Source of the DNA: Marsupella aquatica
Taxonomy: Eukaryota; Plantae; Marchantiophyta
Length of the DNA: 64,000 bases
NCBI GenBank assembly: GCA_973895155.1
Contig: OZ316892.1
Location: 21,701,619-21,765,618, forward strand
Direction of reading: 5' to 3'
Each line of letters starts with the position of its first letter. Within the stretch, counting starts at the first letter, position 1. The translations under genes were made by a program, and so were the position numbers. Below the pieces are notes generated by a model that saw only the letters and a list, made by a program, of their open reading frames with translations, did not search any database and was not told the DNA's origin. Shown piece after piece: positions 39,131 to 51,506 of this stretch.

Positions 39131-39475
39131 TGTTGAGCATAGACGACATTTGCAACTTCAAGCCCATGAACCATCCAACGCACAAGAGTCGACACAGAGA
39201 GATATGTGATTCACTTCCACATGAGGTTACGTCCACGAGAACACACAAAACCTTTATTGCACTCTAGGCCGACCGACCATACCAAGCATCCACAGCACAA
39301 GCTTTCCCTATCTCTCAACTAGCTCCATAACAATGAGCCTAAGTTCCACCAGGGGCTCGCACCAGTCCTGACAATATACACAACAGCACTATCGCTAACC
39401 TTAACTAAGTCCTAACCCGAGTTAGTCTAACTGTGGTTAGCTCATGAGTCACAAGACTAAGAGCAATACCTAACA
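39131..39475 (-). mobile_element. Solo LTR (345 bp) related to the copia LTR at 4181-4523
   Basis: Minus strand reads tgttaggtatt...agttagactaa...gtggaacttaggctcattgttatg...cttggtatgg...gcgttggatg...gtctatgctcaaca, all shared with the 4181 LTR. 5-bp TSD CTCTC at 39126-39130 and 39476-39480. No PBS follows. Confidence 0.88.
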
Positions 39476-42400
39476 CTCTCCCTGTAACTCATGTTGTGAA
39501 TAGATGACTAGATAGTCTGGAACGTAAAACTGGCCGTTGCCACTGCACCAAATTTCACAAATAACTTAAGTTCTGAACTTAAGCTAAAGTAACCTGGTCC
39601 ATGGCTGCACTGTCTAATGTCATGGCTCATCCAAGCTTCAACTCCTTCTTCAAGGCTGGAATTTACACTACAGTGGATACTTACAAAACTATATAAGTAA
39701 AAAAGAAGCCCAAATGGATCACAACATTTGACAACAAGTTTGGATAGATCATTGCAACTCCAACAGTACCATTCTTTTATAGCAATGGGGACTGTGCTGC
39801 AAATAGTGGATTTTCTTCTTGTTGGGAGGATCAGGTTTCCGCAAGCCCTTAGCAACAAGATGGTTTCTTCTTTCTGAATCATACCATAACTAATTTCTCC
39901 AGATTTTATTTTTTATGTTGCTGCCTAGCTTTGGGTCCCAGTCACTAAACAAATTTGAGGAAAGATGGAATTCCCAAAAGTTAATTTGAAAAATATTACA
40001 GGGTAAAGAAAAATAACTAAGTGAGTTGGGATTGGGGGAGGGAAAACAATGAAAACTAGGTGGGAGGTTGAGGTGGGCAAGGAGGAGGAAAGAAATCATG
40101 CTGGGTTGAAAAGTTTAGGTTTAGTTGAGCTTTAGCCATTAATTAGTTTCCATATTGTGCAACTTGTCTCTCTACTTTTCTTCAATCTTAGTTAGCCAGG
40201 TCCACTAGTTATTGCAATTTGGTATGTTCATTGACTGAATAAATTGAGGTCTATGGGTGGTTTTGTTTTGCATTAACTGTATAGAAAATCTAGTGAGGGG
40301 AAAAAGCAGTAGAAATTATAAATGCGAGAATGATTCGTTCAGTCTTCATGTATCATAGTATATTGTATGGTTTTTCTAGGGGTATCTCATCTAATTGTTG
40401 ACACTAATTGTCAGAGTGGCCAGGTTTTTAATGCAAAAAGTGTCATTTTGATAGAAGTGTAACTTAACTACTCCTCTAGCCCATCCCCAAAACTAAAACT
40501 ATTTGAATGAATTTATGAACATCAAATTATTATGATTAAATTCAAATTTTGGGAAATGTGATCCATGGGGGTTCAAAAGACCAACTTTGTGGTCCATGGG
40601 AGCATCTCTTTCCTCCAGCACGATTAAAACATAGAAGAAAAACCAAGATAAAATAGAAAAGACCGAAACGGAAGAAGCAAAACACAAAAATAATTCAAAA
40701 AGCCTCTCGTCCCACCAACCTCGTTCCCACTTACAAGTAAGTAAATGAGAGGTACAGGTGTACCCGACATACTATGTACCATAGTGCTTCTAGGTATAGC
40801 TTGCATATGTACCATGTATCTTCTAGAAGGATAATACTTACCTCCCCCCTTCCCACTACGATAAACCCACCACTTTGGACCGCTTATAGTGAATCTAAGA
40901 GTGCCCAAAACACTCTAAACCATGGACAATCACATTATGTTCTCTCCTTTCAAGCTTGTACAGAGATCACGAGCAAATTTTCCAACAGAGCAAGGGCAAA
41001 TTTTGGTGGGGGAATAGACATTAAGAACGTTCCTGAAACACAAATTGCAACGTTTTCCTATTTTTCAAACATTACACTTACCTGCAAGAAGGGTCGGTTT
41101 GCTTAAGTGCAATTTTTGCAAAATCTAACTAATAAAGCACAAATAAAAGCCTATGCCCTGAGATTGCTATCTACAAACCTATAGACTTAACTCTACCTGA
41201 GGGAAAAATTTAAAGTGAGAGTGCAGACAAAAAAATAGGGATAGGGGCAGAGATGAACAGGAAATATGTCATGGACCCTTGTTCTCTGCAATATTTTTTT
41301 TCTCCTCATTTCTATGTGTGCTCAAGGAACGGGTAATCTGGTTAGAGTTTCCAATAAAGAACCTGTTAGAAAACTTGCTTGACCAGGCATGCCCAGTGGC
41401 TCTGTTTTGAAAGAAAGTGACAAGGAACGAAGAAATCAGCACAAAGACAAGATTTGCTTGAAAGCTTGCTGGGAAGCAAACAGCTGTACAAACGAAATAG
41501 TATTTTAAATGTTCTTCAAAAACAAGCACCGACGCTAGCAGGAGTCATGAGACCTCACGTAGCAGTCAGGAGCTTACTGATTGGTCTAACAAATACAATT
41601 TTATACTAGGGACTGAAGTTTTCAATAATTAATTGCTGTTTATTGAGCAAAACGAATCCTACTCTGCAGCAGTGCAGCAGTCTGTCGAGGAAGGAGATAT
41701 GTGCGCATGGGCGACAGTCTGGTTTGGTGAGAAAAAGGAACAAATCGGGTGTCCCCAGCTTGTAAATTGTACGTTAACCAGCACCTAACATTACGAATGA
41801 ATTAATGCGTCTTACTTAATGACTCCTGAACGCGACCGCTGCAAAGCTGCTGCTCCTGTGGAATTGCATGTAGCGTGGTACCATGCCACCGTGGGATGCA
41901 GCTGCGTTGTAGCTTGGTGCGAGTGATGAAGGTGGTGGAAGAACCAATAGAACCCACCAGCGGTCTGCTGCAAACTTAAAAAATTCAGAGAGAGCTCATT
42001 AATGACGGGGGTGGGAAATAGGTGTGTCCACTGCTGCCCTTCTGCAGAACTTGATTCAGAAACAGCTCATTCATGACTGAAGGAATAGGTGTGTCACCTG
42101 CCATGATGCAACTCAACCATCGCTGGGTAGCTAGGCAGATCGGAACCGTTGGCCCGAGCTCCCAGGCACGTACTCTTGCTGAAGAATCCGGAGACTGGGG
42201 AGACCGGGACAGAGTCGGGTAATTGGTTTGTGCGTGAGTGAATGTAAATGCTGGAGCTAAGTCTCTGGTAGTACAGCGTAATACGGTAACCAGCATGAGT
42301 GAGCAGAGAGGGAGCTCTCATCAACTGATGAACTGCTGCAGCTGCTGTGGAGGTGGGCCATCCCTCCCTCTTCTGCTGCCTCGTCGATCGATCGATCCAT

Positions 42401-42493
42401 GCATGAATCAGTCCTAGTATTTTCTCCGCAACTCAGCTGGTCATCACTCCACGCAGAGCTTAGTATCGTACTGGAATCAGTGAGGCAGGTCGT

Positions 42494-42682
42494 GGTGAAG
42501 AGTATATTATGTTCACTGTCCTCTCACTGATTTCAGTACACATTTCAGAAGCACTTCTCAGCACAGCAGTTGAGCTGAGCTCAGGAGCGGTGAAGAGTAT
42601 ATGATTCACTGTCCTCTCTCTGAAATCAGTACACATTCACTTCAGGAACACTTCTCAGCACAGCAGCTGAGCTGAGCTCAGG
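42494..42682. repeat. ~95-bp tandem duplication just upstream of the PDF1-like ATG
   Basis: ggtgaagagtata..ttcactgtcctctc.ctga..tcagtacacatt..cacttctcagcacagcag.tgagctgagctcagg at 42494 and 42589. Confidence 0.9.
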
Positions 42683-42758
42683 GGAGGAGGCAGCATCAGC
42701 TCGTTGCTAGCTCACTGTCCAGTTCAACGCAATTTCAAGAGTTAGTCGAGCTCACAGC

Positions 42759-43940
42759 ATGGGTCGTTTATCGTGCTTGCTTCTCGTTGTATTCTGCGTG
42801 GGTGTAGCGACAGTGCGTGGTGACGATCCGTGGTTTCCTGACCCATTCAAATGGGACAGCCCGCCACCTGCAGATTCACCTCCACCTCCACTATACCCTA
42901 CTCCTGATACTCCCTCACCATACTATGATGCTCCTCCATACATGAGTGGACCACCTCCCGTGGCTGGCCCGTCTTATTTCGAGAGTGACCCGCCTACCGA
43001 AGCACCCGGACCTTCGACATGGTTATCATGCGGGTATGTACCTCACACAATTTTGTGTGCTCTTTTAAGGAACTTGTCACAGTTTAGTTTAGTACCTTTT
43101 TTTTCTGTAAGTGTATGCTTTTAAGTTTCCAATGCCGGAGTCTACGCGTGTCATCAGTGACACCACTGTATGATGGGAGTCTGTCTTCTTCAGCAGCCGA
43201 GTGCGCAGTCTGGTAATGGGGTTTTTCGTAGCTGATCGTCACCTTCATCCTGAGATTTTACGTCCAGTTTAGTAAATTGCGTGACTTCTGTAGAACTGTT
43301 CCATGTAGCTATCTACTGGTCCATGTTGCTACTCTCGGTCTGCTATTTCGAAGCTACATTTCGATAATGGTTGCATATTCTGTCTTACTCTGTGGGAGCT
43401 GAGGTCTTCTCATGGAGATATTTCTCTCTAGAAATTTACTATGGTTCTAGTCTATAATGAGTTGTCTTCGTCATACGGCTATGCTATAACGCTCACGGAG
43501 TGTGGTCATCTGCTCTACCGTCAGGTCTAGATAAGCTGGCGTCTTTTGACCTCCGTGTAGTTCAAAGTGTGCAGCGGTTGTGTTGACGTGTACGTGCATT
43601 GCATGTGTGCAGGCTGTGGGCGAAGAATACCGATGCTTGGCCCAGCCCGTGGACAGCAGACACACCCATTCAAGACGCTTTGGGCGGGGATGCCGTGAAG
43701 GTTTACGGGCACATTTCCATGCTCGATGGCATCCTGTCCAAGGGTGATGATGGATACTCGAATCTTCTCAAGGAGGGTATTACCGCTATTCTAAACGGTG
43801 CTGGTTCTCATTTCACGTTTAAAGAGGAAGAAATCAAGAAGTCCTTCTCGTTGAACACTGCTTTGAGTTCCGAAGCTTCAGCTGCCGATCAAGCCAAGTT
43901 GTTCCACGCTGCCAATGAAGTTTATACTTTCTCTCCCTGA
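42759..43940 (+). CDS. Protodermal factor 1 (PDF1)-like secreted proline-rich cell-wall protein, ~200 aa, 2 exons
   Basis: Exons 42759-43033 and 43613-43940. Signal peptide MGRLSCLLLVVFCVGVATVRG and SPPP/Pro-rich region. C-terminal SCGLWAKN...YSNLLKEGITAILN...FTFKEEEIKKSF...AADQAKLFHAANE matches the recalled PDF1 C-terminal pattern (LYREGTASxLNS...F...A.F.xANE). Confidence 0.8.
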
Positions 43941-44645
43941 AATGTTGGTTCATTGTAAACCCCCCTGGCCAAGTACGAGGCTTACGAAGCAAGTGCTGCC
44001 TAGAGCCTGCCCGGCCCTCGCTTAAAACGACAGTAGAGTGCGGTTCGGGTACATTTAAAGATTTTTTGTTGTAGCAGAGAGGTGCTAGCAACAAGAGTTC
44101 GTGAAGAATAGGTCCTTCTATATTTGAGGCTCTTTATGATCTTCATTGCTTTTCTGTGATTGCAGTCCGAGGACAAATAATAATTATCCGATCACATTAC
44201 CTATCATACGTTTGATTCATGACCTTCCATGCATCTTCCACTCCTTCAGTTACGGAGGATTTACATGTTTCTTGGCAGTTTCGAGGATCATTACTGGTTG
44301 CTTCTGCGTGATTGAAAGATTGTATTGCATGTTTGACTTCATGTTAGTTGTTGGGCGTAGACTCGGACTGTTAGCTCATTTTGAATATAATGCCACATGG
44401 TGAATATGTTAGCCGAACTCCATTCTGGATAATTTTTGGATTTCAGCAGTCTCAAAGCCCTTACATAATAAGTTGCGACTACAGTAGAAAGTGACGATAT
44501 TAGAGCACTTATTTCGCGCGGTGAACTCCGTAGAAAGTCAAAGACATGGAACAATCGCTTAAATTGCTTTCTCTTAAACTTGGCCACTGTAGAGTTGCTG
44601 CCTTCCACCTTAATTAATACTGCAATCGTCAGACTTGTAGAACAG

Positions 44646-44801
44646 GTTATCCCATTTCTTGAGCTTCAGATGTCTCTTTCAGAACTGAAAATGGACAAGT
44701 TATCCCATTTCTTGAGCTTCAGATGTCTCTTTCAGAACTGAAAATGGACAAGTTATCCCATTTCTTGAGCTTCAGATGTTTCTTTCAGAACTGATAATGG
44801 A
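44646..44801. repeat. 53-bp tandem repeat x3
   Basis: gttatcccatttcttgagcttcagatgtctctttcagaactgaaaatggacaa at 44646, 44699 and 44752; nearly identical copies, no spacers. Confidence 0.95.
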
Positions 44802-45991
44802 TCCAAAAACTATCCAAGAAACGGCAATACTGCGATTAACTTCGAAAGTTGTTGGAATGTGAAGCGCATTCAAATGCCCTGACGATGGATGAAAACTAGC
44901 ACCACAAATACCACAAATCCCTTCCCTAAAACCGGGTTTAATATCAAAGGCTGATTGCTCCTTAACATGTCCGAGGCAGAGAAATTTGAGGCCCGCATCT
45001 GCTGGTTTTCCAAGTGGAAAGCGCTTTGCACCGAACACTTTTCAAAAGAGTCTTACTTTCATGCTCTTTTCGACATGAAATACCTCTGCCAGCCTCTCAA
45101 AGAGAACCTGATGGAAATAATTAATAGCCAACCGTGCAAGTACTTCGATGTCTCGAATCCCCACTTTGTGGAGGGCTCTCTTAGTCTAACAATATTACTG
45201 GAAAGCGCTCAATCGTGAGGGGTGAATGTCTGTTTGTACGTCCAGCAATGCAGAGGAAAAGTGTCAGGGTGCACAAGGAATCCAAGGGGGAAACAACAAA
45301 AGGCAAGTCTCCGTTGTGAAATAGGTCCACTTCTAGTTATCCAATATCATTGCAAGCAGGTGGTATAGCAAAATTAAAGCCCATGATAAGAGTGCTTGAC
45401 AGAGAGATTACTTTTGCTGGAGTAAGCAAAGAAATTATCCTTCTTCTCACAAAGCATTGAGTTATCATAAGGAATAGATAGTGACATATACTCTTCAGAA
45501 TTTTGTTTTCTTTCGAAGTGTGTTCACGGCCGTAATCTCCTGGCCAGTCTGACTAAAGGGTTATCGGAAACTCCTGGCCAGCCTGGCTAAAGGATTGCGA
45601 GCCTCGGGTGAAAAGTTTGAGGCAAAATAAGTCAAACATACAAATGTGACTTACGTCCAATGACTTACGGCCCCTTTGTGGGTTACACAGGCTACAATCC
45701 CCAAGCGAAACCCACCTGTGGGGGATTGCAGCCAGTACCCTGTCAGAATGGGTCAACCTACACTAAAACTGCTGGCACACGACGGAGCTAGAAGGAACAC
45801 CCACAAATGTTTACTCTTAGTTTCAAGGCAGAACTAAAGAAGGAACACCAATACTTTTTCAGCATATATTGAAGGTATATTCTTGCCACATAGACAACTG
45901 GAGGGCTGGATTTATTCACAGTAATTTTCATAGGTTGGCTCACTGTTAAATATGATTATAAACTGCATGTCTTGAGCATTGACGAGAGAGA

Positions 45992-46065
45992 GCTTCTATA
46001 GCTCAGTTGGCTAGAGCACCCGTTTAGTAAGCGGGAGGTCCTGAGTTCAACTCTCAGTGGAAGCA
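45992..46065 (+). tRNA. trnT-AGT: tRNA-Thr (anticodon AGT)
   Basis: Acceptor stem GCTTCTA/TGGAAGC plus discriminator A. D arm GCTC..GAGC. Anticodon arm CCCGT-TTAGTAA-GCGGG. T arm CTGAG-TTCAACT-CTCAG. T4 Pol III terminator just downstream. Confidence 0.96.
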
Positions 46066-46554
46066 TGTTTTGCCTCGTATCTTTTGTTTATTCAGTAGTT
46101 CAATTTCTGGAACCAGAGGAAGATCTACATTTTTTAAGACAACATCTTTTGACAATCCTTTTCTGGGAGGCCAGTGATGTCTTCATTTTGTAGACAAAAA
46201 TGCTTGTTTGGAAGGACTGGAATGTCGTCATTTTTTTATAATCCTGGTCGTCTGACTTTTGTAGACAGTACCTAATCCTAATCAAAAGGAAGTCAGGCCT
46301 CAGTCTCTCGGTTCAGTTCAAGTCCAGACGCCCTTTTGGAACTTCAGGCCCTGAATTGGTTACACCACAAAGACATCTAAGCTATAGAGATGTGAGCGGA
46401 AACTAATAAGAAGCAGGACGCATGGATTACATCTATCATTATGACAATGATGAAGAACCCAATGAGCTCTTTAAGGTTTAGGGTGGTGATGCCTTCCGTA
46501 CTCAGAATCAGAATCTCAAAACTCGGCTTCTAGAACTTACTGTTGGAAGCATGA

Positions 46555-46811
46555 AGTAATTATTGGTCAGTCTTCGACACAGAGCTCTAAGTAGTAGAAT
46601 ACTTTGAAGAAGGTGCATCGCATCAACAGCTAATATAGGCATTTGGTTGTGCACCTTTCACTAGAATTGCAGATTTTCCAATTTCCAGAGTAATCATTGG
46701 TGAGTCTTCGATGCAGAGCTCTAAGCAGAAAGTATCTTCACTCTGAAGAAGGTGCACCGCTTCAACAGCTAGCATTGACATTTGGGTGCACCTTTTTACT
46801 AAAATTGCAGA
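46555..46811. repeat. Diverged ~134-bp tandem duplication, each copy with an internal stem-loop
   Basis: Copies at 46555-46673 and 46689-46811. Stems gaaggtgca/tgcaccttt and aagaaggtgcacc/ggtgcaccttttt. Confidence 0.8.
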
Positions 46812-47876
46812 CTAGGTTCCCAAATAGGCAGAGCATTGAGGCTGAGTTCGGTTAAGCTCTGCCGATGGAAATCTTTGAAATCGCTGTAGGTTTTTCTTCT
46901 CCACATGCTGTCGTCCTCACCCGTAGATCCCTTGCTGTCATACTGTGAATTAGGGTCCTTCCCGACGAGGATTCAGCAACATTCAGCAACATTCAGCAAC
47001 ATTGCAGTGCTCAAGACATGGCCAGGTGGACGCCCGCAAATTTACGAAAGGGAACATTTTTCATTTTTCTAGAGACAATTATACGAAGTTCAATAACATT
47101 ACCTGCGGCTCTTATTTCAATTCGACTTCAGGACAATCACTCACACAGTTACTTACTGTACCGTGCAGAGATTGGTTTGCATTTCTCCAGTAACGAGCGA
47201 TTTCCATATATGGCATACCGACCAGAATTGATGCACGCCTCTGGATGTCAAAAGTATAAATGAACAGTTCAATTTGATAATGTAATCATCTTCGTAACGC
47301 TGTTGCAAAAAACCCTTTCATCCGTGCTATATGATTGATACCTTCTGCTAGCAAATAGCTCTTTCTGCCTCTCGATTTCAAAGAAGTAGATGCGATAAGA
47401 GTACATGATCGCAAAATGTACTTTTAAGAACGATGAGTCGAAAATATCTAGCTCGAGATGTGAAGTAGACGCAAGATGCGGTCCTATTGCGAGAGATATG
47501 CTTAGTAGACCCGTTCTGGAAAAAGTTTGCTTAACTAACCCCCCTCCATAATTTTCCAAATCTGGACCTTTGATGGACCTTTCGATCTCAGATCTGGACC
47601 GTTAATAGAACTCAGGGGAGAGTAATCAAGTAACAAGTTTCATTTTGAGGGTAGATCAGGCAAATACCTCTCCTATTGCAGAAGATCTAAATGTGACAAT
47701 TGGTGCGAGAGAAGAAGCTCTTTACATCACTACCATAGTGCAATCCTGACATGGTCTCGAGCGGTTGCCCATTAGTAGTACGATTGTGTCTCATAATTAT
47801 GTCCCATCTATACGGTATTGTGCCGACAGTTGAACTGAACTACGAGGCGTATAAGTAGAAAATAAATACACTCATC

Positions 47877-48199
47877 CTACTGTGTGCTTTGACCGGATCA
47901 CGGGTATCCATCAGTCTCTGCTGAATATTGACTGTTGATGAGCTAGTATGTGCTTTCGACCTCGACCATTCGCCTTTATAACTGTTCCTTTCGTTCAACT
48001 ACCTTCCGTCGTCCTCTATGCAGGCCTAGATATGATTCTACTGTGTGCTTTGACCGGATCACGGGTATCCATCAGTCTCTGCTGAATATTGACTGTTGAT
48101 GAGCTTAGTATGTGCTTTCGACCTCGACCATTCGCCTTTATAACTGTTCCTTTCGTTCAACTACCTTCCGTCGTCCTCTATGCAGGCCTAGATATGATT
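47877..48199. repeat. 161-bp near-perfect tandem duplication
   Basis: Copies start at 47877 and 48038. The only difference seen is a 1-nt indel (gagctagta vs gagcttagta). Confidence 0.95.
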
Positions 48200-49572
48200 T
48201 CTTTCAAGTCAGACTGTTTTGCTTTTCAGCAGTTTGGTCGATCGGTTCCTTGTCCTTCCAGGATATTGAGAATTGAGAAGCAACTTGAAGTTCAGATGCT
48301 CACTTCTTTGTATCAGAGATTCACGAACATCACTGGGTTGTCGCACTGCATACATGGAATCTCTTCAAGCTATGATGCAAGCTAGACTACCATTATTGAC
48401 GTGCACGATGAGAAGAGTCGTAATCTAGTAAGATCTTTCTAAATATTCCTCTGATCTCTTGGGCATTCATAAAAGTTGGCTCAGAGTAGTATCCTACCTA
48501 ACCTGCAAGCCTGAGGAAGCCATTTGTGCGTGAGTGATGATAGAATCTTTGGAACCAAGAATGTGAAATCTACCCGGATCAAAATTCATGGAGTCGTAAC
48601 AGCCTAAGTAACTGGGTCCTAAGCTAGATATGAGACGCAGTACGGTCATTACTACAAAACTAGAGAATGATGATAAATCTTCGGAAGCAAGTAAAGGAAA
48701 GCTGTCCAGATCATAGAGTAACAGTTCTTGAAACGTTATGGTGCTCCAAACTGGCAAAGGGACATTTTCATCCCTCCTGTTCTACAGAAAAACCCTCAAC
48801 TCAATTGTGCTAGATTTTGCAAAGAACCCGATTGTTTTACTGTCTTCTCCATCCATGGTGTAAGCCACTGTACCTTGTGCTAAATGCCCTTGATGTCTAA
48901 CTGTGATCTTCGAGTGACGATCCTCATAGATTTCTGGTTCTGTAAGGACATTTCTAAGCAAGAAGCTACGGTGTTCTCTACGGCATTAATTCTTACCAGC
49001 ACAAGATGGGTTGCACAGTAGAGACTATAGACGAAGGCTTCTTATGATTGCTTCTTCTATGAGTGACTTTGGAGCAAATTTTCCACCAACGTGATGACTG
49101 GCATGCATAAGGGAGTCGCCTCAAAGTGTTTCAGAGGAAGATTTTGTTACTACTCTCCATTCCAAAGTGACTTTCTCCAAAAAATCCCAATATATCATTA
49201 AACTTGTCCCTTAAATCCCCGCCAACAGGCTCCGAGATCGGAGTGCACACACTTTTTCATAGATTGCAGCTTAGCCAATCGAGCCGCCAAGATTGGGTAG
49301 AGACTCACAATTTATTCACAACTTTCACATTGGAGACCGACTCTACGGCATGGTTTGAAACGAAAAACCTGTAGGACAGTATTTCCAAGGTAATTTTGCT
49401 GATGACAATTGGATCTACAAGCCTTGCCACGCTACAAACAAATCTGCCTTGCGTGGCATCAACTAAAATGGCCCCGAGTTGATCCAATGAACAGAGAACA
49501 TACCGATTAATTACAAGAAACAAAAAACATTAAGAGTCTCTGCCGTATTAAGCTGCGATTGTAGACACGGCG

Positions 49573-51506
49573 TCAAAAGCTCTGCAAAAACGAGACCATT
49601 CGCGTAGTGGCCTTTTGTGGAGGCTTTCCAACTACCTTTCCCGAAAGAAATTCACTGACTCTTGAGCTCATCACGAGCCACGGTACGATACCAACCTGCG
49701 AAATGTGAATAATCAGTGACTCAGCAGCAGCAGCAGGAGGCAGAAGAAGAAGAACAGTGGCATGATTCTGCGATTCGCCACTTTAAAACAGATCACATTC
49801 CTGACTACCTTTGCAGAACTAGCAGCGTGGGAAACGTCACCAGGACTCTAACAAAGTCTGAGAGGAGTGTGTTGAGCAAAGCCCTGTGACTTGTAACATG
49901 AGATACAACAAACGCCGGCCAGACATCAGAATCGATATGGTAACTTTCCTAAGAAAGTATTTAACTGAGGGGAGATGCTACCAAGACATTCAGAGAGGTA
50001 TCAAAGGTTCTTACCCCTATCAGGTCTCCCGAGGCATCCTTCTTTCCAATATTCAGAAAATAATCTGCATCGAGAATATACAACCGAGTGACAATCCACA
50101 TGAACTACCTCGAAAATCACTTCTAAAACGGTAAGAAAGTTTTGGCTGAAACCGTTTCGAAATGAAAACAACCAGAACAAATTTGTTACCAGACGGCTTC
50201 AGTAAGGCCACCGGAACAGTTGCAACAGAGGTGCGCCAAAACCATAGCACCAGCAGAATGTACACAGCAGCCTGCGTAGAGCGAAGAGAGGACAGTCAAA
50301 ATCGTCTAGTAAGAAACAACGGACAGGATTTGCTTAACCTCGAGGCACACGCATTCGCTAACACCAAAACGGAAAGGAACTATTCTCTGGTATCTTAGCA
50401 AGGTTTATCAATTGAATGATCTACTAAAATACAGTCTGGAAAATTTGCAGACATACCTTTAGAGCCCGGTCTAAAATGGTGGAGGATGGAAACCTCCAGC
50501 TTTTTGGAATAGATAACTCCTGTCTTACTGGAAACAGATGACAGAATGTTAAGCTAATCAAAAACACGTAGAACTTAAATGACAGACAGATCTAAATAAT
50601 TACAGAAAAGGTCTGTTATTACAAATTCTACGCCCCAGAGATTATCTCGGAGTCAGAAACGACGAGAATATCAATCAAAACATTGGACCGCCCCCCTCCC
50701 CAACAATGTGCTTTGCAGCCTGTGGACTTACATTGAGCAAGCTCCTTCTCCTTGACAGCAGCTTGACGCTTCAATTTGGCAGATTTCGCAAACGTAGCCG
50801 GGCTGCAATCGAGCAACTTGACCACTTAGTACAAAATTTTGCAACTGTTTTCTCACTCCTCCCCAAAGCACATTCAAAACTGTACTGAGGCACCCTTACT
50901 ATCCGCAAGCTCCAACAGAGGATGTCAGGAAAGGCTATTTACGTTGACAGCTCATTCGCAGATCTATTCAGCTCTTTGATCTCTTTCAGTAGTAGACGCT
51001 CCTGCGGTGTTGGCCCGTCGCTCTACGAGAGGAATACCCACAAAAGTCAGACAGTAGAGAATCTAACTGCAGGAAACTTGGCAAGCGATGTAGGACTGAA
51101 TTAGGGTTCGCCCAAAGGCTCTTCGACTATCCTCCAACTCAGGAAGACCTCAAATATGATAAAACTTTATTTGTGGCTAGCGAGAATTGCGCAGAATCGC
51201 TGCACGAGGACAACGAGCTGCATTGCCGTTCTTTCCAAATAAAAAGAATTTCACTTCACCTACGTATTCATTTGACACATGACTCACAAAGTCGGGAAAC
51301 TCAAGAACGTAGAAACCCTTGGTGAAAACAGAAACAAGCCTCTACATGTCCCACCCAAAAGTCGCAAGAAATGACGAGCTTAGGAATACTTGGACTCGTC
51401 AATTACTCACGGGCGCAATTCGAGCGTACAGCTTGAGGGTCACATGCAAGGTGAAAAGCAGAGCGAATATCCCAACAGCTGCCGCAGTGGGAGCTTCTTC
51501 CGTCAT
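49573..51506 (-). CDS. GET1: GET1/WRB tail-anchored protein insertion receptor, ~190 aa, 7 exons
   Basis: Exons 51506-51411, 51022-50943, 50802-50732, 50527-50457, 50271-50190, 50064-50015 and 49695-49573, all GT-AG with matching phases. They give MTEEAPTAAAVGIFALLFTLH...[40 protein letters not shown]...AAVYILLVLWFWRTSVA...VGIVPWLVMSSRVSEF, matching the recalled plant GET1 TM1, coiled coil (PATFAQAAKLRR..KEKEL), FWR and VGIIPWL motifs. Confidence 0.9.

Noticed and set aside
39508-39882. 124-aa minus-strand ORF next to the solo LTR as retroelement interior
   Set aside because: No RT, RNase H or integrase motifs, and the TSD argues for a solo LTR.
44646-44801. Possible CRISPR-like array (53-bp repeats)
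   Set aside because: Head-to-tail units with no unique spacers, eukaryotic context and no cas genes.
44955-45218. ORF with faint F-box-like spacing (ICWFSKWKAL)
   Set aside because: Similarity too weak and no supporting gene structure.
46066-46200. Dicistronic tRNA-snoRNA
   Set aside because: A T4 terminator follows the tRNA directly and no C/D boxes are present.
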